From: Clostridiales bacterium
GTDB lineage: Bacteria > Bacillota > Clostridia > TANB77 > CAG-508
Reading direction: 5' to 3'
Length of the DNA: 64,000 nucleotides
Assembly (NCBI GenBank): GCA_004554705.1
Contig: SFKS01000001.1
Coordinates: forward strand, 8,186 to 72,185
Of the stretch, positions 60,887 to 64,000 are shown piece by piece. A program made the translations under genes and the position numbers. The notes below the pieces were generated by a model. It did no database searches and was not told the DNA's origin. It saw only the letters and a program-made list of their open reading frames with translations. Within the stretch, counting starts at the first letter, position 1, and every line of letters begins with the position of its first letter.

Positions 60887-60931
60887 TAAAAAATACAAAT
60901 TGCAAGTTTGTTTTTGCAATTTGTATTTTTT
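60887..60931 (-). terminator. Rho-independent terminator after rpmA (AAAATACAAATTGCAA-gtttgttt-TTGCAATTTGTATTTT)
   Basis: A 16-bp stem with U-tracts on both strands. Confidence 0.7.
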
Positions 60932-60934
60932 ATC

Positions 60935-61198
60935 TTATTTTGTTTCTTCTGGATAAACACTTACTTGTTTTTTGTCTTTACCTTTTCTTTCATATTTCAC
61001 AATTCCATCTACTAATGAAAATAGTGTGTCATCGCTACCGATACCTACATTGTTTCCTGGATGCATTTTTGTTCCTCTTTGTCTTACTAATATGTTTCCA
61101 GCAAGTACAAATTGACCGTCTGCTCTTTTTACACCTAAACGTTTTGACTCACTGTCACGACCGTTTTTTACACTACCTTGACCTTTTTTATGTGCCAT
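60935..61198 (-). CDS. rpmA: 50S ribosomal protein L27 (no N-terminal pro-peptide extension)
   Basis: The translation [24 protein letters not shown]... matches the L27 family. Confidence 0.95.
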   Translation of the reverse strand: MAHKKGQGSVKNGRDSESKRLGVKRADGQFVLAGNILVRQRGTKMHPGNNVGIGSDDTLFSLVDGIVKYERKGKDKKQVSVYPEETK

Positions 61199-61246
61199 TT
61201 ATATTCAACTCCCTTTTTACATAAATTTTACTTCAACCCTATAATT

Positions 61247-61693
61247 TTAAGCTTCAACTTTTTTTGTTGTTTTTTTTGCTGTTGTCTTGCTTTCTGTTGT
61301 TTTCTTTTCTGCTACTTTTTTCTCTGTTACTTTCTTTTCTGTTCCTTCAGCTTTTTCTGCTGGTTTTTCAGCTTTAGCTGTAGCTGTTTTTATAGCTGTT
61401 ATTTCAACTTTAGTATAAGGTTGTCTATGTCCTTGTTTCTTTCTTTCATTCTTTTTAGGTTTCATTTTGAAAACTATAATTTTTTTACCTTTTCCTTGTG
61501 CTACTACTTTTCCTTCAACCTTCACACCTTTTACATAAGGATTTCCTATTTGTACTTTTTTCTCATCAGATACTAATATTACATTATCAAAAGTTACTTT
61601 TTTTCCTACTTCTGTATCTAATTTTTCAAAAAATACTACATCTCCTTCTACTACTTTGTATTGCTTTCCACAAGCTTCGATTATTGCATACAT
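61247..61693 (-). CDS. rplU: 50S ribosomal protein L21 with a Lys/Thr-rich C-terminal extension; start at [14 protein letters not shown]
   Basis: The L21 core is followed by a ~45-aa basic tail. The RBS AGAGGTG lies before ATG at 61693. The track's upstream extension is not supported. Confidence 0.9.
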   Translation of the reverse strand: MYAIIEACGKQYKVVEGDVVFFEKLDTEVGKKVTFDNVILVSDEKKVQIGNPYVKGVKVEGKVVAQGKGKKIIVFKMKPKKNERKKQGHRQPYTKVEITAIKTATAKAEKPAEKAEGTEKKVTEKKVAEKKTTESKTTAKKTTKKVEA

Positions 61694-61932
61694 TATCGAA
61701 AAGCACCTCTTCTTTCTTTTAATACTCGCTAAGTTTGTATTTAGGTAGCTATATCGCATTTATTACCTAACTTAAGCGGCTTACGAATAAATATTTTACC
61801 ATAGTTTAATATGGTTGTCAAGTAGAAAAGTCTATTTTCTTTGAATCTATGATTAAAATATGATAATGTCTGTTTTCTTGGAATTTTTTATATCTCATTC
61901 CTCTGTCTTCTTTTAGCTATTATCAATCTTGA

Positions 61933-62268
61933 TTAATTGGTATTTTCTAAATAATTTACTTTTTTCCCATGTTCTAATGCATATTCTATTTCTGGTTTTG
62001 TGCTATCGCCTATATATCCATTTACATTAATTACATATATTTCATCTGCCATATCTATTTTTCTTTTATGCATATCATCTAGCATTTCTTTTGTTTTTGT
62101 TAAGGTTCCCTCATCCATATTTTCCCAAACTTCTGAATCTCCTGAATGTCCAAATAATCCTACTGAAATCACAATATTCCCTTTCAGAGTAAGTTCTTTT
62201 TGTACTTTCATGAATTCATCTTTAAATCTTGTTGACCCACAAAGAGTAATAACTTTATATTTTTTCAT
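61933..62268 (-). CDS. Hypothetical protein (111 aa), possibly nucleoside 2-deoxyribosyltransferase-like/DUF4406 fold
   Basis: ORF with LCGSTRF...IYVINVNGYIGDST. The family assignment is tentative. Confidence 0.4.
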   Translation of the reverse strand: MKKYKVITLCGSTRFKDEFMKVQKELTLKGNIVISVGLFGHSGDSEVWENMDEGTLTKTKEMLDDMHKRKIDMADEIYVINVNGYIGDSTKPEIEYALEHGKKVNYLENTN

Positions 62269-62348
62269 GTTTTTTACGTTCCTTCCTTTTTTATTTTTGT
62301 ATGATTTTTGTTTAAATATTTTTTATAAAAGATATATTTATATTAAGT

Positions 62349-62789
62349 TTAATTTTTAATGTATTTAACTAAAAAATATTTATTAAGTTTAGGATTTTTC
62401 TTGTTTTTTCTAACAAATTCAATTTCAAATCCACATTTTTTATAAAATTCAGGTGCTTGAAATTCATAAGTTGTTAAATTTATATTTTCAAAGCCTTTGT
62501 CTTTATAATAGTTTTCAACAGTTTTTACTAGTTTACTTCCAATGTGTTTGTTACGATATTCCTTTATTATAATTAAATCACTTATATGCACTTCCTTATA
62601 ATATGAATTTCCTGTTATTATTCCAATAAATTTATCATCTTCTTTAGCAATAAAGGCAAATGGTTCATAGTTACAAATTACTCCATTTTGGGTTGCAAAT
62701 TTATTAAATTCATTATCTATGGTTTTATAAAATTCCTCATTTAAGTCTTCTTTATATTCTATATTTAACATTTTAACTTTTATCTCCAA
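62349..62789 (-). CDS. GNAT family N-acetyltransferase
   Basis: Acetyl-CoA binding motif A region (IIKEYRNKHIGSKLV) and motif B (GFE). Confidence 0.8.
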   Translation of the reverse strand: MEIKVKMLNIEYKEDLNEEFYKTIDNEFNKFATQNGVICNYEPFAFIAKEDDKFIGIITGNSYYKEVHISDLIIIKEYRNKHIGSKLVKTVENYYKDKGFENINLTTYEFQAPEFYKKCGFEIEFVRKNKKNPKLNKYFLVKYIKN

Positions 62790-63279
62790 TATTTTCTTAT
62801 GTTATATCATATTCCATTTGAATTTTCAAGCCATTGTAAAAATGGCGTATTTAAATTTTTCTAGCTAATCTTGATGTAATATATGTTTTTAGCATGCTTT
62901 TGGTAGGTGTCCCTAAAAGCATATTAATTATTTGCTATATGTTTTTGGGGACACCTTCCAATAACAGGTATTGTTATTCAATTTTTAATGCATCCATTGT
63001 TCCTCTTGAGATGTCAAATTTTTTTATTTCTACGCATTTTATTCCACAGCTTTCTTTACTTTTATTATAATCTTGAGCATAAATCAATTTCCAAAGCCAT
63101 ATCAAAGTCAAGCATTACGTATCTTGTTTTTGTTGTAGTGCTGCTACACACTCCACATGCTCCATCTATCCACTGTTGAATGGTCTTGATTATCTGGTAC
63201 ATTCACTATTGATTGGTTGCATTGACATAAAAATTTATTTTTACAACTTTTTATGCATATTTATTATTCATTTTTTTGA

Positions 63280-64000
63280 TTATAGTATCATTTCAAATTC
63301 AATTTCATCTCTAATAGGTAATCCATTATCTGCAAATATCGGAATTTGTGGTTTTATCTTTCTTGAATTTTCAATAGCGTTTTTATAAATATTTGAAAAC
63401 ACAAAACCTCTTCTTTGATAAAATTCTAGTCCTCTTATATTATCATTTGTTGTAATTAGTTTGAGTCTTGTACAATTTTTTTGTTTTGCATATTCTTTTA
63501 CTTTATTTATTAAATTAGTTCCAATTCCTTTATTTTCTATAAAACTATTTAAGGAACATATTTCACATTCTTCTTTTTCAATAATAAATGTTATTAATCC
63601 TATTATTTTATTATTATCTATTGCAACAAAACCATCTAGTTTAGTACCATCAATAACCTTCCCCCTGATAATTATATCTGTTGCCTCCCACTCATTTATT
63701 AGTATATTATTTACTTGTTTCCTAATCTCTTTATTTATTTCAACAATACTATAATCAAGCCTTCTAAATTCCTTTGCATAATAGTACATATCTATACAAT
63801 GCAAATCTCCATCCCATATTTCTTCATTATAATTATCTACAAAAAAATTTTTTACAGTATGATGATACTTAGTAAATCCATTTAATACATAAAAAGGAAT
63901 CATATTTTCTGATGTTCCTACTATCATTCTTTTATATTTCATACTATATTGTTTAAATACATATTTTATTAAGTCTTTAGCATATCCTCTGCCTCTATAT
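63280..64000 (-). CDS. GNAT family N-acetyltransferase. The reading frame stays open upstream to the window edge through a second GNAT-like C-terminus, so this is a partial tandem-GNAT protein or two fused genes
   Basis: Motif A (QRRGFVF) is followed by a GNAT C-terminal region. Upstream of the track's Met (63942), the in-frame translation ...YRGRGYAKDLIKYVFKQYS-MKYKRM has no stop before the window end. Confidence 0.65.
   Translation of the reverse strand, partial: YRGRGYAKDLIKYVFKQYSMKYKRMIVGTSENMIPFYVLNGFTKYHHTVKNFFVDNYNEEIWDGDLHCIDMYYYAKEFRRLDYSIVEINKEIRKQVNNILINEWEATDIIIRGKVIDGTKLDGFVAIDNNKIIGLITFIIEKEECEICSLNSFIENKGIGTNLINKVKEYAKQKNCTRLKLITTNDNIRGLEFYQRRGFVFSNIYKNAIENSRKIKPQIPIFADNGLPIRDEIEFEMIL

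Noticed and set aside
60807-60934. T-box leader for trpS
   Set aside because: The intergenic region is only 128 nt and consists of the rpmA terminator hairpin. No specifier loop or T-box sequence is present.
61694-61759. N-terminal extension of rplU ([22 protein letters not shown]...)
   Set aside because: L21 proteins begin at MYAIIE. An RBS precedes that ATG, and the extension overlaps the leader region.
63000-63240. 17-aa minus-strand peptide MEHVECVAALQQKQDT between the two GNAT genes
   Set aside because: No convincing RBS; it is too short and unconserved to call.

Overview
This is a low-GC (about 27-28% GC) chromosomal segment from a spore-forming Firmicute of the Clostridia type. Nearly all genes are on the minus strand. 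The window opens with the 3' end of rho. After rho comes an ~9.5 kb accessory-looking stretch. It starts with a 750-bp ORF-free region containing regularly spaced degenerate direct repeats. It then carries a Fic-family gene with a noncanonical active-site motif, two secreted/lipoprotein genes, an orphan NarL/LuxR-type response regulator and a hypothetical gene (both flanked by near-identical ~50-bp AAAGTGCAAAT-bearing elements), a serpin lipoprotein gene broken by a frameshift, a phage-type tyrosine recombinase, a GC-anomalous (~45% GC) SH3b gene containing a 34-bp GC-rich palindrome, and an SOS-type LysM gene (YneA-like) with a consensus promoter and two LexA boxes. The rest looks like ordinary core genome. 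It includes xerD, miaB, gpsA-plsY-der, a GltD-like oxidoreductase, an NMNAT-like/P-loop kinase pair, glmM, metK, ferredoxin, yaaT/ricT-holB, lepB, a two-component system, prmC, spoIIP, a 737-aa uncharacterised protein, rpmF, clpX-clpP-tig, an M19 dipeptidase, DUF368, adhE, an M23 peptidase and efp-pepP-prepilin peptidase. It continues with dinB (with a LexA box) and uvrA at the end of a response regulator/permease/CDF gene string, RNase P RNA (rnpB), prsA, nrdDG, obg-trpS-rpmA-rplU and GNAT acetyltransferases. No tRNA, rRNA, CRISPR array or complete IS element was seen. No candidate rests on a recognisable defence-system or toxin-antitoxin signature; the best leads for an undescribed system are the repeat-associated regulatory architecture in the first 6 kb and the integrase-adjacent GC-rich module.
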